Of a DNA stretch of 64,000 nucleotides, positions 51,395 through 64,000 are shown piece after piece. Below the pieces are notes generated by a model, which searched no databases, was not told the DNA's origin, and saw only the letters and a program-made list of their open reading frames with translations. Every line of letters starts with the position of its first letter. Positions within the stretch are counted from its first letter, which is position 1. Source of the DNA: Octopus vulgaris (lineage: Eukaryota); NCBI GenBank assembly GCA_951406725.2, contig OX597822.1, positions 53,754,001-53,818,000 on the forward strand. Direction: 5' to 3'. Made by a program: the position numbers and the translations under genes.

Positions 51395-52225
51395 ATGTCT
51401 CGCATTCATGTAGGATGTGTAATTGTGCGTGGCTTGGTGCTGGACTGGAAGCATGGATGCTTCCTAAATGACATCAGGTCACAAGATTTAGATGTTATTG
51501 TTGCTACAGAAACCCAGTTAAAAGATCTGCTCCCGCTGTTCAGCGGCTACGAGAGTTTCATCTCACCGAACTGCCCTCCCAGCAGAAGCAGGGTGTTGGT
51601 CTTGCTTAAAAGAAAGCAGGTTCCAGAGAAAAAGTTGATTTTTTTCAGATCCAGAAGGTAGGCTGGTCGTCATCGATTGACGTTCAGCCATGGTAAGACC
51701 ATCAGACTGGTGGCAATATATGCACCTCACCAGAGTTTGGGGCAAAGTGATTATTTTTGGAACCTGGAGAAGTTTCTCGGTACATCACATTCTTTAGTTG
51801 AACTAGGAGACTTTAACACAATCTGCAATGCACATGTAGATTGTGTTGGCTTGCACACTGATAGGAAATGTAATGCTTTCTTCCTGGATCTACTAAGACG
51901 TTTTAAGCTGGTAGATCCATATAGGTTGGAACATCCGAACACTCCATTGTGGACATGGTCAAGCAGTGACAGATCTTCCAGGTCATACATAGAATATTAA
52001 TTAGAAAAGTAGATACAAAGATAGCTAAGTGTCCAGTTTTACATGGTCAGCTACAGTGATCACAAAATGGTCACATGTAAGCTAGACATAGATAAGGTAA
52101 ATAGAGGTCCCGGCTACTGGAATCTTAATACATCCCTTTTGGCTATTAAGGAGTACAGAGACCGGATTAAGATGTTGATCCAGAGGACACTAACAGGAGC
52201 TGTTATTAACAACAAATGGTGTTAA
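51395..52225 (+). mobile_element. L1/Tx1-clade APE endonuclease fragment
   Basis: VGCVIVRGL, DVIVATET, AIYAP, LGDFNT, WTW, SDHKMV, RGPGYWNLNTSLL. Confidence 0.8.
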
Positions 52226-52231
52226 TAAATC

Positions 52232-52980
52232 GATATCATATATTAATATAACATCCAATCACCCAAAATCTTACAATAGACAGCATTATTACAGCAATAT
52301 CGACAAGAATATCTAATTTATCCGCAAATGAAAAAATTTTTGAACAACATGCACCGATATATAACAATGCTCTAAAGTTAAGTGGATTCAAAGCTAAAAT
52401 ATCATATATCCCTAATACAAGATTCAAAAACAAAATGGCTGGTTTGCCACTTAAACACATCACAGCTGCTCAGAATAAACGCAGAATACCACCTGACTGC
52501 AATAATAAGAGGCTTTGGAGTAGAAACGCATTTAGGGATGTTGGGAATAGGTACAGGTATAGGAAAAGTAATAGTGTTAGCAAGGAGATAAACAAAACAA
52601 ATCTAGAATTAGGGAAGTAATCTGGTTCACTCCCCCTTTTTCCCTTAGAGAAAGGAACTTACCAAAAATGTTTTTTAGAATTTTGAAGAACTTCCCAAGG
52701 AATCACAAATACTATAGTATTTGTAACAAGTCAACTATCACGTTCTCTTACTCTGTAATACCTAATTTTGCCTTGATTATTGCATCTATTAATAGAAGCA
52801 AACTTGGTGGGCGGGGGAGTTGGGAATGTTCCTCTGAGGGTAACCCCGGACCTGTGAATAATTTTGTAACACCCAATGCCAGTGGTACAAGCAGTTTGCT
52901 TTCACTGGATTTATCGAACCCAAGTAATAAAGGAGGATCTGACGGAATGAAAGGAAACCTGGCAAGAACTGATGATACAA
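52232..52980 (+). mobile_element. Penelope-like fragment (thumb/linker region)
   Basis: SNHPK...ITAISTRISNLSANEKIFEQHAPIYNNAL and FFRILKNFPRNHKYYSICNKSTITFSYS. Confidence 0.7.
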
Positions 52981-55539
52981 AAAGTAAAAGTAAAAATAAA
53001 ACTAAGAAAGGCTTTCAATTAGGTAATATTAGATTACTATAAAGGTTACCAATAACGATAACGTATAAAGGTATAATTTTTCACCACCCCATTCATCTTT
53101 CAGACAACATTTTTAATGTTTTTATCTTTTTCAGGTGAATGCACAAAATAACTATGGTAGCATACCTTTACACATTGCCCGTGTCAGTAGAAACATGGAC
53201 ATAGTCAGCCTGTTGTTCAATCACTTTGGCAGTGATGCCAATGTTGTGGTCAAGAATGGTAATACACCTCTACATTTGACAGTCCAAGAATAAGTCACCA
53301 TTACATCTGGAATATCCAAACCTGTTTCTTTTAGGTTTTCAGTTAAGTACTATTAGATAACTATAAAGATTACCAATAAAGATAACGTAAAAAGGTATAA
53401 TTTTTCACCACGCCACTCATCTTCCAGACACCATTTTTAATGTTTTTATCTTTTTCAGGTGAATGCACAAAATAACTATGGTAGCATACCTTTACACGTT
53501 GCCTGTTTCAGTGGAAACTCGCACATAGTCGGCCTGCTGTTAAGTCATTTTGGCATTGATGCTAATGTGGTGGTCAACAATGGTGATACACCTCTACATT
53601 TGACAGTCCAAGAATAAGTCACCATTGGACCTGGAATATCCAAACCTGTTTCTTTTAGGTTTTCAATTAGATAATATTTGATAACTAAAAAGGTTACCAA
53701 TAAAGATAACGTATAAAGGTATATTTTACCACCCACTCATCTTTCAGACACCGTTTTTTAATGTTTTTATTCTTTTCTTTTTCAGGTGAATGCTGTAGAT
53801 AATTGTGGTAGAATACCTTTACACAATGCCTGTTTCAGAGGAAACGCAGGCATAGTTGGCCTGTTGTTAAATCATTTTGGCATTGATGCCAATGTGGTGG
53901 TCAACAACGGTGATACACTATTACATTTGACGGTTCAAGAGTAAGTCCCCATTGGATGTGGAATATCCAAACCTGTTTCTTTTAGGTTTTCAGTTAGGTA
54001 CTATTAGATAACTATAAATGTTACCAATAAAGATAACGTATAAAGGTATAATTTTTTACCACCCACTCATCTTTCAGACACTGTTTTTAATGTCTTTATT
54101 CTTTTTTTTTCAGGTAAATGCTGGAGATAATTATGGTAGCATACCTTTACGAAATGCCTGTTTCATTGGAAACTGGCACATAGTTGAGCTGTTGTTAAGT
54201 CATTTTGGCATTGATGCCAATGTGGTGAACAAATACACTAAAACTCCTCTACACTTGGCAGTTCAGGATTAAGTCCCCATTGGATTTGAAATATCCAAAC
54301 CCGTTTCTTTTAGGTTTTCAGTTAGGTACTATTAGATAACTATAACGGTTACCAATAAAGATAACGTATAAAGGTATAATTTTTTACCACCCACTCATCT
54401 TTCAGACACTGTTTTTAATGTCTTTATTCTTTTTTTTTTCAGGTAAATGCTGGAGATAATTATGGTAGCATACCTTTACGAAATGCCTGTTTCAGTGGAA
54501 ACTTGCACATAGTTGAGCTGTTGTTAAGTCATTTTGGCATTGATGCCAATGTGGTGAACAAATACACTAATACTCCTCTACACTTGGCAGTTCAGGATTA
54601 AGTCCCCATTGGATTTGAAATATCCAAACCCGTTTCTTTTAGGTTTTCAGTTAGGTACTATTAGATAACTATAAAGGTTACCAATAAAGATAACGTATAA
54701 AGGTATAATTTTTCACCACCCCATTCATCTTTCAGACAACATTTTTAATGTTTTTATCTTTTTCAGGTGAATACACAAAATAACTATGGAAGCATACCTT
54801 TACACGTTGCCTGTTTCAGTGGAAACTCGGACATAGTTGGCCTGTCTTTAAATCATTTTGGCATTGATGCTAATGTGGTGGTCAACAATGGTGATACAGT
54901 AAGAGTAAGTTCCCATTGGATCTGAAATATCCAAACCTGTTTCTTTTAGGGTTTCAATTGGATAATATTAGATAACTATAAAGGTTACCAATAAAGATAA
55001 CATATAAAGGTATAATTTTTTACAACCCCACTCATCTTTCAGACACCGCTTTTAATATTTTTATTCTTTTCTTTTTCAGGTGAATGCTGATGAAAATTAT
55101 GGTAGCATACCTTTACACAATGCCTGTTTCAGTGGAAACACAGACACAGTTCACCTATTATTCAATCACTTTGGCATTGATGCCAATGTGGTACTCAAGA
55201 ATGGTGAGACACATCCACATTTAACAGTTCAAGAGTAAGTCCCCATTGGATCTGAAATATCCAAACCTGTTTCTTTAAGGTTTTCAGTTAGGAACTATTA
55301 GATAACTATAAAGGTTACCAATAAAGAAAACATAATGGTATAATTTTTCACCACACCACTCATCTTTCAGACACCATTTTTAATGTTTTTATCTTTTTCA
55401 GGTGAATGCACAAAATAACTATGGTAGCATACCTTTACACGTTGCCTATTTCAGTGGATACTCGCACATAGTTGACATATTGTTAAGTCATTTTGGCATT
55501 GATGCCAATGTGGTGGTCAACAATGGTTATACACAACTA

Positions 55540-57432
55540 CCGTATTTGACGGCATATAGGACGCACTTTTTTCCAAAAAATTTGACTCAAAAAAATCGCC
55601 CTGCGTCTAATATGCGAAGTCAAGACCCTCCTGTAGGCTAATCTTCTCCCAGACGCTCACTAACCTAGCTTACGATAAGTATTTCTACCTACGCTAACGC
55701 CTTAATGATATTTTCCGTACTCATGCATCATTATTTTATTGCTAATATTATTACTTTAAAATACGAATTATCGTAAAAATCAAAGCAATCTACCGTAAAT
55801 TGTTAGGCTGCGATCCATGGCACACGTTTACTAATATCAGCTGATTGGAACCCTAACTCAATGCCATCTGACGGTGAGGAGTAAAACTACGGAATGCACA
55901 TGATCGTTGCGAGTTCGTGTATAAACGGAGGTAGGTTGGATATCTTGGTACAACAAAGTTTATGATCATAACAAAACACACTATAACAGTACAAGCACCC
56001 TCACGGCTATGGCAGCAAAAAGATCAAGCTACAAAATCTCCTACAAACTATGAGTGGTAGATTATGCCAAGGAGCATGGAAATAGAGCAGCAGCAAGGGT
56101 TTTTGGGCCACCACCTACAGAAAAAATGATAAGTGTCTGGCAACAGCAAGAAGAGCAGCTGATGAGAGCACAGAAAGGTAAACATAACCTTCGTTGCCCA
56201 GCCCCACATTGGCAAGAACTTGGGGATGATATAAAAACGTGGGTGCTTGATGAGAGAAACTCAGGGAGAAGTGTATCTACCAAAATGATAATTCATGAGG
56301 CCATGAGAGTAGCATAACAACGAGGGATACAGAACTTTGCAGGAACAGAAGATTGGTGTTACAGGTTTATGAAACGGAAGGGTTTATCAATGCGTACAAA
56401 AACATCCATTGCACAAAAAATGCCTGCTGATTATGAAGAAAAATATTAGATTTTCATAGATTTGTTATAAATGCAAGAAAGAAAACTTGTTTTGAACTGG
56501 GCCATAGGGAATATGGACGAAGTTCCACTCACATTTGATGTACAATCCAACAGGACTGTGAGTGTCAAAGGGTCTAAAACGGTTTCGATAAAAACCACTG
56601 GCCACGAAAAGACCCACTATACAGTAGCTCTGGCGTGTTGTGCTGATGGCATAAAAATGCCACTTCTCTGGATATTTAAGAGAAAAACTCAGCCTAAGGA
56701 TAAAATTCCAAGAGGTGTACTAGTTCATGTTCATAAAAAAGGCTGGATGGACGAAAATGGAATGAAACAGTAGTTACAAAATATATGGTCAAGGCGTCCT
56801 GGTGGACTATTAAGAAAACCTTCTCTTCTGGTTTGGGATCAGTTTAGAGCACACAGAACTGAAACCATTAAAAAAAGGGTGGGAGAATTGAAAACGCAGT
56901 TAGCTGTCATTCCTGGTGGACTGACGAGCCAATTGCAGCCTTTAGATGTGTCTGTGAATAAGCAGAACATGCGTGAACATTGGAACAAGTGGATGGCAGA
57001 GCCACATTATGTCCTCACTACCACAGGAAGAATGAAGCGGCCCACCATTGCTGAAGTGTGTGAGGGGGTGAAGAAATCTTGGGATGATGTTAGGCCTGAA
57101 ATCATTGTGAAGGCTTTTAAGAAGTGTGGCATTAGCAATGCCCTTGATGGCACAGAAGATGATCCATTATTTCAAGACAGTGATTTCAGCAGTAGTGATG
57201 AAGATGTTCCTTGTTTTGAAGATGATGAAGAGTTTTCTGGTTAAAAAGATGATTACTATTGTAATTTGTATGCTTTCCTTTTGTATGCTTGCTTTTATAC
57301 AGCAATGTTTTCTGCTTTTGTAATGTGCTGCTAGACTGCTTTCAACAATATATGCTTAAATACACTTAAAACTTTTTTTTCTGAATTTGACCTGCTGAAA
57401 TGAGGGTGCGCCTAATATGCCGTCAAATACGG
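55540..57432 (+). mobile_element. Full-length but inactivated pogo-family (POGK-like) DNA transposon
   Basis: TIRs ccgtatttgacggcata / tatgccgtcaaatacgg with TA TSD (55538-39, 57433-34). Transposase ~56009-57244 with GNMDEVP, TTGHEKTHYTV, LVWDQFRAH, IPGGLTSQLQPLDVSVNK; several stops and frameshifts. Confidence 0.93.
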
Positions 57433-60249
57433 TAAATTGGACAGTTCAAGAGTAAGTCCCCATTGGATCTGGAATATCCAAACCTGTTTCTTTTAGGTTT
57501 CAGTTAGGTACTATTACATAACTATAAAGTTACCAGTAAAGCTAACGTATAAAGGTATAATTTTTTACCACCCACTCGTCTTTCAGACACTGTTTTTAAT
57601 GCTTTTATTCTTTTCTTTTTCAGGTAAATGCTGGAGATAATCATGGTAGCATACCTTTACACAATGCCTGTTTCAGTGGAAACTTGCACATAGTTGAGCT
57701 GTTGTTAAGTCATTTTGGCATTGATGCCAATGTGGTGGTCAACAATGGTGATACACCACTAAATTGGACAGTTCAAGACTAAGTCTCCATTGGATTAGAA
57801 ATATCCAAACCAGCTTCTTTTAGGTTTTCAATTGGATAATATTAGATAACTATAAAGGTTACCAATAAAAATAACGTAAAAAGGTATAATTTTTCACCAC
57901 CTCACTCATCTTTCAGACAACATTTTTAATATTTTTATCTTTTTCAGGTGAATACACAAAATAACTATGGTAGCATACCTTTACACGTTGCCTGTTTCAG
58001 TGGAAACTCGCACATAGTTGACATGTTGTTAAGTCATTTTGGCATTGATGCCAATGTGGTGGTCAACAATGGTTATACACAACTAAATTGGACAGTTCAA
58101 GAGTAAGTCCCCATTGGATCTAAAATATCCAAACATGTTTCTTGTAGGTTTTCAATTTGATAATGTTAGATAACTATAAAGGTTACCAATAAAAATAATG
58201 TATAAAGGTATAATTTTTCACCACCCCACTCAGCTTTCAGACACCATTTTTAATATTTTTATTCTTTTCTTTTTCAGGTGAATGCTGTGGATAGTTATGG
58301 TAGCATACCTTTACACAATGCCTGTGTCAGTGAAAACACGCACATAGTTGGCCTGTTGTTAGATAACTTTGGCATTGATGCCAATGTGGTAGTCAAGAAT
58401 GGTGAGACACATCCACATTTAACAGTCCAAGAGTAAGTCCCCATTGGATCTGAAATATCCAAACCTGTTTCTTTAAGGTTTTCAGTTAGGTAATATTAGA
58501 TAACTATAAAGGTTACCAATAATGAAAACATATAAAGGTATAATTTTTCACCACCCCACTCATCTTTCAAGCACCATTTTTTTCTTTTTCAGGTGAATGC
58601 ACAAAATAACTATGGTAGCATACCTTTACACGTTGCCTATTTCAGTGGAAACTTGCACATAGTTGACATATTGTTAAGTCATTCTGGCATTGATGCCTAT
58701 GTGGTGGTCAACAATTGTGATACACCACTAAATTGGACAGTTCAAGAGTAAGTCCCCATTGGATCTGAAATATCCAAACCTGTTTCTTTTAGGTTTTCAA
58801 TTGGATAATATTAGATAACTATAAAGGTTACCAATAAAAATAACATATAAAGATATAATTATTCACCACCCCACACATCTTTCAGACAATATTTTTAATG
58901 TTTTTATCTTTTTCAGGTAAAAACTATGATAGCATACCTTTACACAATGCCTGTTTCAGTGGAAACTTGCACATAGTCGAAATATTGTTAAGTCATTCTG
59001 GCATTGATGCCTATGTGGTGGTCAACAATTGTGATACACCACTAAATTGGACAGTTCAAGAGTAAGTCCCCATTGGATCTGAAATATCCAAACCTGTTTC
59101 TTTTAGGTTTTCAATTGGATAATATTAGATAACTATAAAGGTTACCAATAAAAATAACATATAAAGATATAATTATTCACCACCCCACACATCTTTCAGA
59201 CAATATTTTTAATGTTTTTATCTTTTTCAGGTAAAAACTATGATAACATACCTTTACACAATGCCTGTTTCAGTGGAAACTTGCACACAGTCGAAATATT
59301 GTTAAGTCATTCTGGCATTGATGCCTATGTGGTGGTCAACAATTGTGATACACCACTAAATTGGACAGTTCAAGAGTAAGTCCCCATTGGATCTGAAATA
59401 TCCAAACCTGTTTCTTTTAGGTTTCAAATTGGATAATATTAGATAACTATAAATGTTACCAATAAAAATAACATATAAAGGTATAATTATTCACCACCCC
59501 ACACAGCTTTCAGACACCATTTTTAATATTTTTATTCTTTTTTTTCAGGTCAATGCTGTAAAAATTATGGTAGCATACCTTTACACAATGTCTGTTTCAG
59601 TGAAAACACGCACACAGTTGGCCTGTTGTTAAGTAACTTCTGGCATTGATGCCTATGTGGTGGTCAAGAATGGTGAGACACATCCACATTTAACAGTTCA
59701 AGAGTAAGTCCCCATTGGATCTGAAATATCCAAACCTGTTTCTTTTAGGTTTTCAAATGGATAATATTAGATAACTATAAATGTTACCAATAAAGATAAC
59801 GTATAAAGGTATAATTTTTTCACCACCCCACTCAGCTTTCAAACACCATTTTTTTCTTTTTCAGGTGAATGCACAAAATAACTATGCTAGCATACCTTCA
59901 CATAATGCCTGTTTCAGTGAAAATACGCACATAGTTGGCCTGTTGTTAGATAACTTTGGCATTGATGCCAATGTGGTAGTCAACAATGGTGAGACACATC
60001 CACATTTAACAGTCCAAGAGTAAGTCCCCATTGGATCTGAAATATCCAAACCTGTTTCTTTTAGGTTTTCAGTAAGGTAATATTAGATAACTATAAATGT
60101 TACCAATAAAGATAACCTATAAAGGTTTAATTTTTCACCACCCCACTCATCTTTCAGACACCATTTTTCATCTGGAATATCCAAACCTGTTTCTTTTATG
60201 TTTTCAATTAAGTAACATTAGACAACTATGAAGGTTGGTTATTCTTGTT

Positions 60250-60762
60250 TACTTTCTGTGAGTTATTAAAAGCTATGTTATCGTTTTGTTGGATCTACAA
60301 TGAGAGTAATTGGCAGAGAGCCAACTCCACAAGTGTTTTTGATATAACCATGAGGTCATCAGATTCCACACAAGTGACTAACTTAGAATAAAGAAAATTT
60401 CCTTCCTCTCACTGGTGGATTGTATAGGGATGATGCCCTTTTAGCCGTGCCGGGCATGTCTAAGACAGCATTGAATAGATTAAGGAAATCGTTGAGAAGC
60501 TTCTTGAGGAATTTTTTTAATCCTAACATCATCATTGACATTAATTCTAGAGTGGTGAAATTTTTGGATGTTACCTTGTGTTTTAATACTGGTTTTTATT
60601 ATCCCTTTTGTAAGCCCAATAAATTGATATCATATATCAATGTGTCATCCAATCATCCAAAATCTACAATAGACAGCATTATCACGGCGATATCGACAAG
60701 AATCTGCGAATGAAGAAATTTTTGAGCAACATGCACTGGTATATAACAACGCTCTAAAGTGG
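60250..60762 (+). mobile_element. Penelope-like RT fragment
   Basis: FDITMRSSDSTQV, GGLYRDDALL, VKFLDVTL, SSNHPK. Confidence 0.75.
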
Positions 60763-60784
60763 ATAAGAATATCCTTCGCTAAAC

Positions 60785-63305
60785 ATTTAAAGGTGATGGC
60801 ATCTCATATAAAGTTTATAAATATTGCAATCGTCTGCAAAAGAAGCTCTTTGTCCAACTCCGACAGCTGTGGCATGAAGAGACTCTAGTAGAGGATTGGT
60901 GTAAGGCAGAAGGTATATACCTGCCAAAGGAGGCCAATGCAGAGACTATAAAACAGTTTAGGCCGATATCCTTATTGAATGTGGAAGGCAAGATCTTTAT
61001 ATGAATTCTTTCAAGGAGAACAGTGACATATTTGCAGAATGATGGATATGTTGCTGAATCTGTTCAAAAGGCTGGAAACCCCTGGGATCCCTGGATGCGT
61101 TGAACAATGTTTTTCAATTTGGAAAGCGATCCAGGATGCCAAACAGAACAAGTCTGAATGTGGTATGGCTGACCTAGCTAACACATATGGTTCAGTGCCA
61201 CACGAATTACTGATAAGAGCCATGGACCACTTCTACATTCCAGACAAAGTGATCAAAATAATGAGTATGTACTATGAGTTTTGAAATGAGGTTTACACCT
61301 GGAGATTTTACAACAGATTGGCATTGCTGCTGGCTATACAATATCCATCATGTGGTTTATCTTAGTCATGGAGAAGATTTTGAAAGCTGTGGATTTTTCG
61401 GAACAAATCACCCATGTACAATCGCCTAAGAAAGCCTTCATGGATGACATGAAACTTCTAGCTACAGATAGACAAATCATGCAGAATACCCTCTTGAGAC
61501 TAGACAAACTTGTGAGGTGGTCAAGCATGCAGCTTAGAGCAAAAAAGTCTTGTAGTGTGACATTTGTTAAGGGAGTGCAGAAAGAATTTAAGTTTCGAAT
61601 AGCTGAAGAAAGCATTCCAACAGTCAAAGAAGAACCCGTCAAGAGCTTGAGGTGAGTATACGCTGGAACATTGTCAGACAGAAGTCGCAGGATGGAAATT
61701 ATGAAACAAGCTGAGGCTGGATTATCAGTGATTGATAACTTGAAGTTACCAGGTAACTATAAAATTTGGTGCTTGCAGTTCAGCTTGTACCCGCAACTTT
61801 TGTGGCCACTTTTAATATACGAGGTAGCCTTGTCATGAGTTCAGATCATTGAACAAAAATGTAATGTGTTTATTAGAAACTGGCTAGGCCTACCTCGGAT
61901 GTTGAACAGTTCAGCTCTTTATCTTAAAAGAGGTTTGTTGCAGCTACCACTAACGTTAATAGTCGAAATATACAAACTGGGGAAGATACAGCCAGGAAGT
62001 AGAAAGCAGAAGCAGAGACTGATGACATCTTGTCTTCTCTTATACAGAGATATGGTAGGTGCAACGCAAAACCATCGGAAAGGACTTGGTTTTGGCGCAG
62101 ATCAGTTCAGACCGTTTGTGAATATGATGCAGAAGGAACGCAGATCTGTTGTTAGCAACAGCATCAAAACGAGAGAAGCAGAGAGAAGAGAGCTTCATTT
62201 AACCTGATGTATTCAACAAGGGCAGATGACGAGATGGGAAGAACAAGTTGTTGAGAGGAAAATAAGTTGGGATGATATATGTAAGTCGACGACATCTCAG
62301 CTAAGTTTTCTGATTCGTTCAGCCTAAGATGTTTTGCCATCACCTACAAATCTAGCAAGATGGAACGTCTCAGAGAATAGCATATGCAAATACGGAAAGG
62401 TTGGAACACTGAAACATATTCTTTCCAACTGTTCATTTGCATGGAGACACAACTTGGTCCTTAAGGTCATCTTCAATGCTATAAAGAACCAAATTCATCT
62501 CAACAACACTGAGTAAAAACCATTGAAAGTACCAACTAGAGATTTTGTTACCTTCATGCACTCAGATCAGCAGATCTGTTTCAAGAAGAACAAGAAACTT
62601 CCTGTGAGAGATGAAAGGTGGAACGGCTATTGGGCGGTGACTGCAGATTTACCTGGGTGCCAGGGATTTTTTCCCATCCCAATTACGAAAAAAACAGACA
62701 TTTTGATGTGGTGTGAAAGAAAGAAAGTTGTAAATCTAGTCGAGTTAACAGTTCCTCATGAAGATAACATGGGCGCCGCTCGGGCTCAAAAGATTGACCG
62801 TTACGTAAACCCCCTCGAGGAATGTGAAGATGCAGGCTGGAAAGCAGAGCATTTTCCAATCGAAGTTGGATGTAGAGGGTTTGTTCGACACAGTGTGAGA
62901 CGAATGTTATCGTTAGGCCTAACTCATCATAAAGTCAATATCACCATGACCGATATCCAAACTACAGTGGAGAAGGCTAACCACTGGATTTGGTTAGAAA
63001 GAGACGATGAGCAATGGCTAGAGAAATAGTTAGCTTTATTTAATAACCAGTTGACCTAGCAAGCGAGGTCTCATATCAGTGGTGGGGGAGCGCATTGATG
63101 CCATCAAGAGGTAGGTATTCTCTCCTGATAACCCCATACGCTTGCTGGCTTCCGGTATGTGGAGTTCTTGACTGGTAGCATTTGCATGTGCAAGTTGTTT
63201 GCAAGACATCTTAGTAGTGTTGTAGTTCCTATTGTACTTAATTTCATACTTATATCCTGCCTTCCTAAGTGCTATATTGTAATAGTCTTAGTGTTCATTA
63301 AACAT
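60785..63305 (+). mobile_element. HERO/R2-group non-LTR retrotransposon (RT + RLE), 5'-truncated and inactivated
   Basis: EGIYLPKE...FRPISLLNVEGKIF, DLANTYGSVPH, KAFMDDMKL, TLKHILSNC...WRHNLVL, KTDILMW...LVELTVPHED...KIDRY...FPIEVGCRGF; stop at 63029 followed by a 3' UTR. Confidence 0.82.
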
Positions 63306-63599
63306 TTCATCGTTAGAAGATAGGAAGTTTATTCGGCATAACGTCGATATAAGTACCGTTTACATCAACTGGACCACGTGCGATTGTTTACCTAAGATCG
63401 TCACTTTCCGTAAAATTTTTATTTTTTTATATATGTGGGGTGGGGGGAAGGGTATCTTTACAAGCCGGTGTAAAAGCCAGATAGATAAAGCAAAGTTCTT
63501 TTGAAGTTGGCGTTCCGTTTGTGTGTGTGCTTTGTGTTTCTTGGCTATTTTATGATCAGATTCATAGATATTGTTTTAATTTTTTTTTGTTTAATGTGT

Positions 63600-64000
63600 A
63601 ACTAATCTTGCATGCATGAAGTGGATTCGATCCAACATAGCCAAATTTAAATCAACACTGTTACAGAACTTTTCCCCACAATGGAACAATGGTTTTTCTC
63701 CGACAGCAGTTTTATATTTTCCAGATGCCTTTAGCTAGGCCGCTATAATGTCTTCACCACTTGACCCTTTCTAACCTCTTCTACTTCACCAAAAGCTAGA
63801 ATAGATAACAAGACCACCAACTAGATCTATTGTTCTCAATGATATATCTATCCTTCTGGATCTTAATATAAGCAAGCAAACATCAATAACTTGTCAGCAA
63901 CTGAACAAGGTATTTCGTGATGACTCAATTAGTAAAGAAAGAACTGCTAGGATATAATGGTCAGAGAGAGCAATAAAAATTCCTACAGCAACTTCAGACA
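63600..64000 (+). mobile_element. Partial LTR of the same family as 13469-14335
   Basis: atcttgcatgcatgaagtggattcgatcc...ctattgttctcaatgatatatctatcc closely matches 13638-13880. Confidence 0.65.

Larger units (their letters stand above)
48865..60230 (+). repeat. Array B: ~23 tandem copies of an ankyrin-repeat exon with splice sites (~315-330-bp unit)
   Basis: Unit: ttcttttctttttCAG|gtgaatgc...gttcaaga|GTAAGT. Exon starts at 48932, 49260, 49588, 49916 (328-bp spacing) through 59865. Peptide consensus VNAQNNYGSIPLHxACFSGNxHIVxLLLxHFGIDANVVxNNGDTPLHLxVQ. Confidence 0.9.

Noticed and set aside
34032-60230. Regularly spaced repeats suggestive of a CRISPR array
   Set aside because: Whole units are homologous with no unique spacers, they encode ankyrin peptides with spliceosomal signals, there are no cas genes, and the context is eukaryotic.
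34032-60230. Assigning the gene symbol MIB2 to the ankyrin exons
   Set aside because: The resemblance is from recall only; no MIB/HERC2, ZZ or same-strand RING exons are visible in the window.

Overview
AT-rich, microsatellite- and transposon-saturated animal DNA. The two abundant tRNA-headed SINE families look like the Octopus ones, so a cephalopod origin is inferred, not proven. No intact protein-coding gene can be assembled; most listed ORFs are microsatellite or TE artefacts. Supported content: an intact tRNA-Ser(GCT) and a decayed tRNA-Ile(AAT); many SINEs; decayed Tigger, pogo, hAT, piggyBac, Chapaev-like and Helitron DNA transposons; Penelope-like, CR1, RTE, L1/Tx1, R4 and HERO-like retroelement remnants; one LTR with a tRNA-Trp-like PBS; and several type I hammerhead ribozyme motifs in Penelope-type terminal repeats. 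The most striking structure is two adjacent + strand tandem arrays, each amplifying one ankyrin-repeat exon together with its splice sites: array A (~34.0-44.7 kb, ~34 copies, 177-bp core unit = 133-nt exon + 44-nt intron) and array B (~48.9-60.2 kb, ~23 copies, ~315-330-bp unit, 155-nt exon). Both exon types are frame-asymmetric, an architecture reminiscent of Dscam-like mutually exclusive exon clusters. Many copies are degenerate, so an exon-derived satellite or pseudogene is a real alternative.
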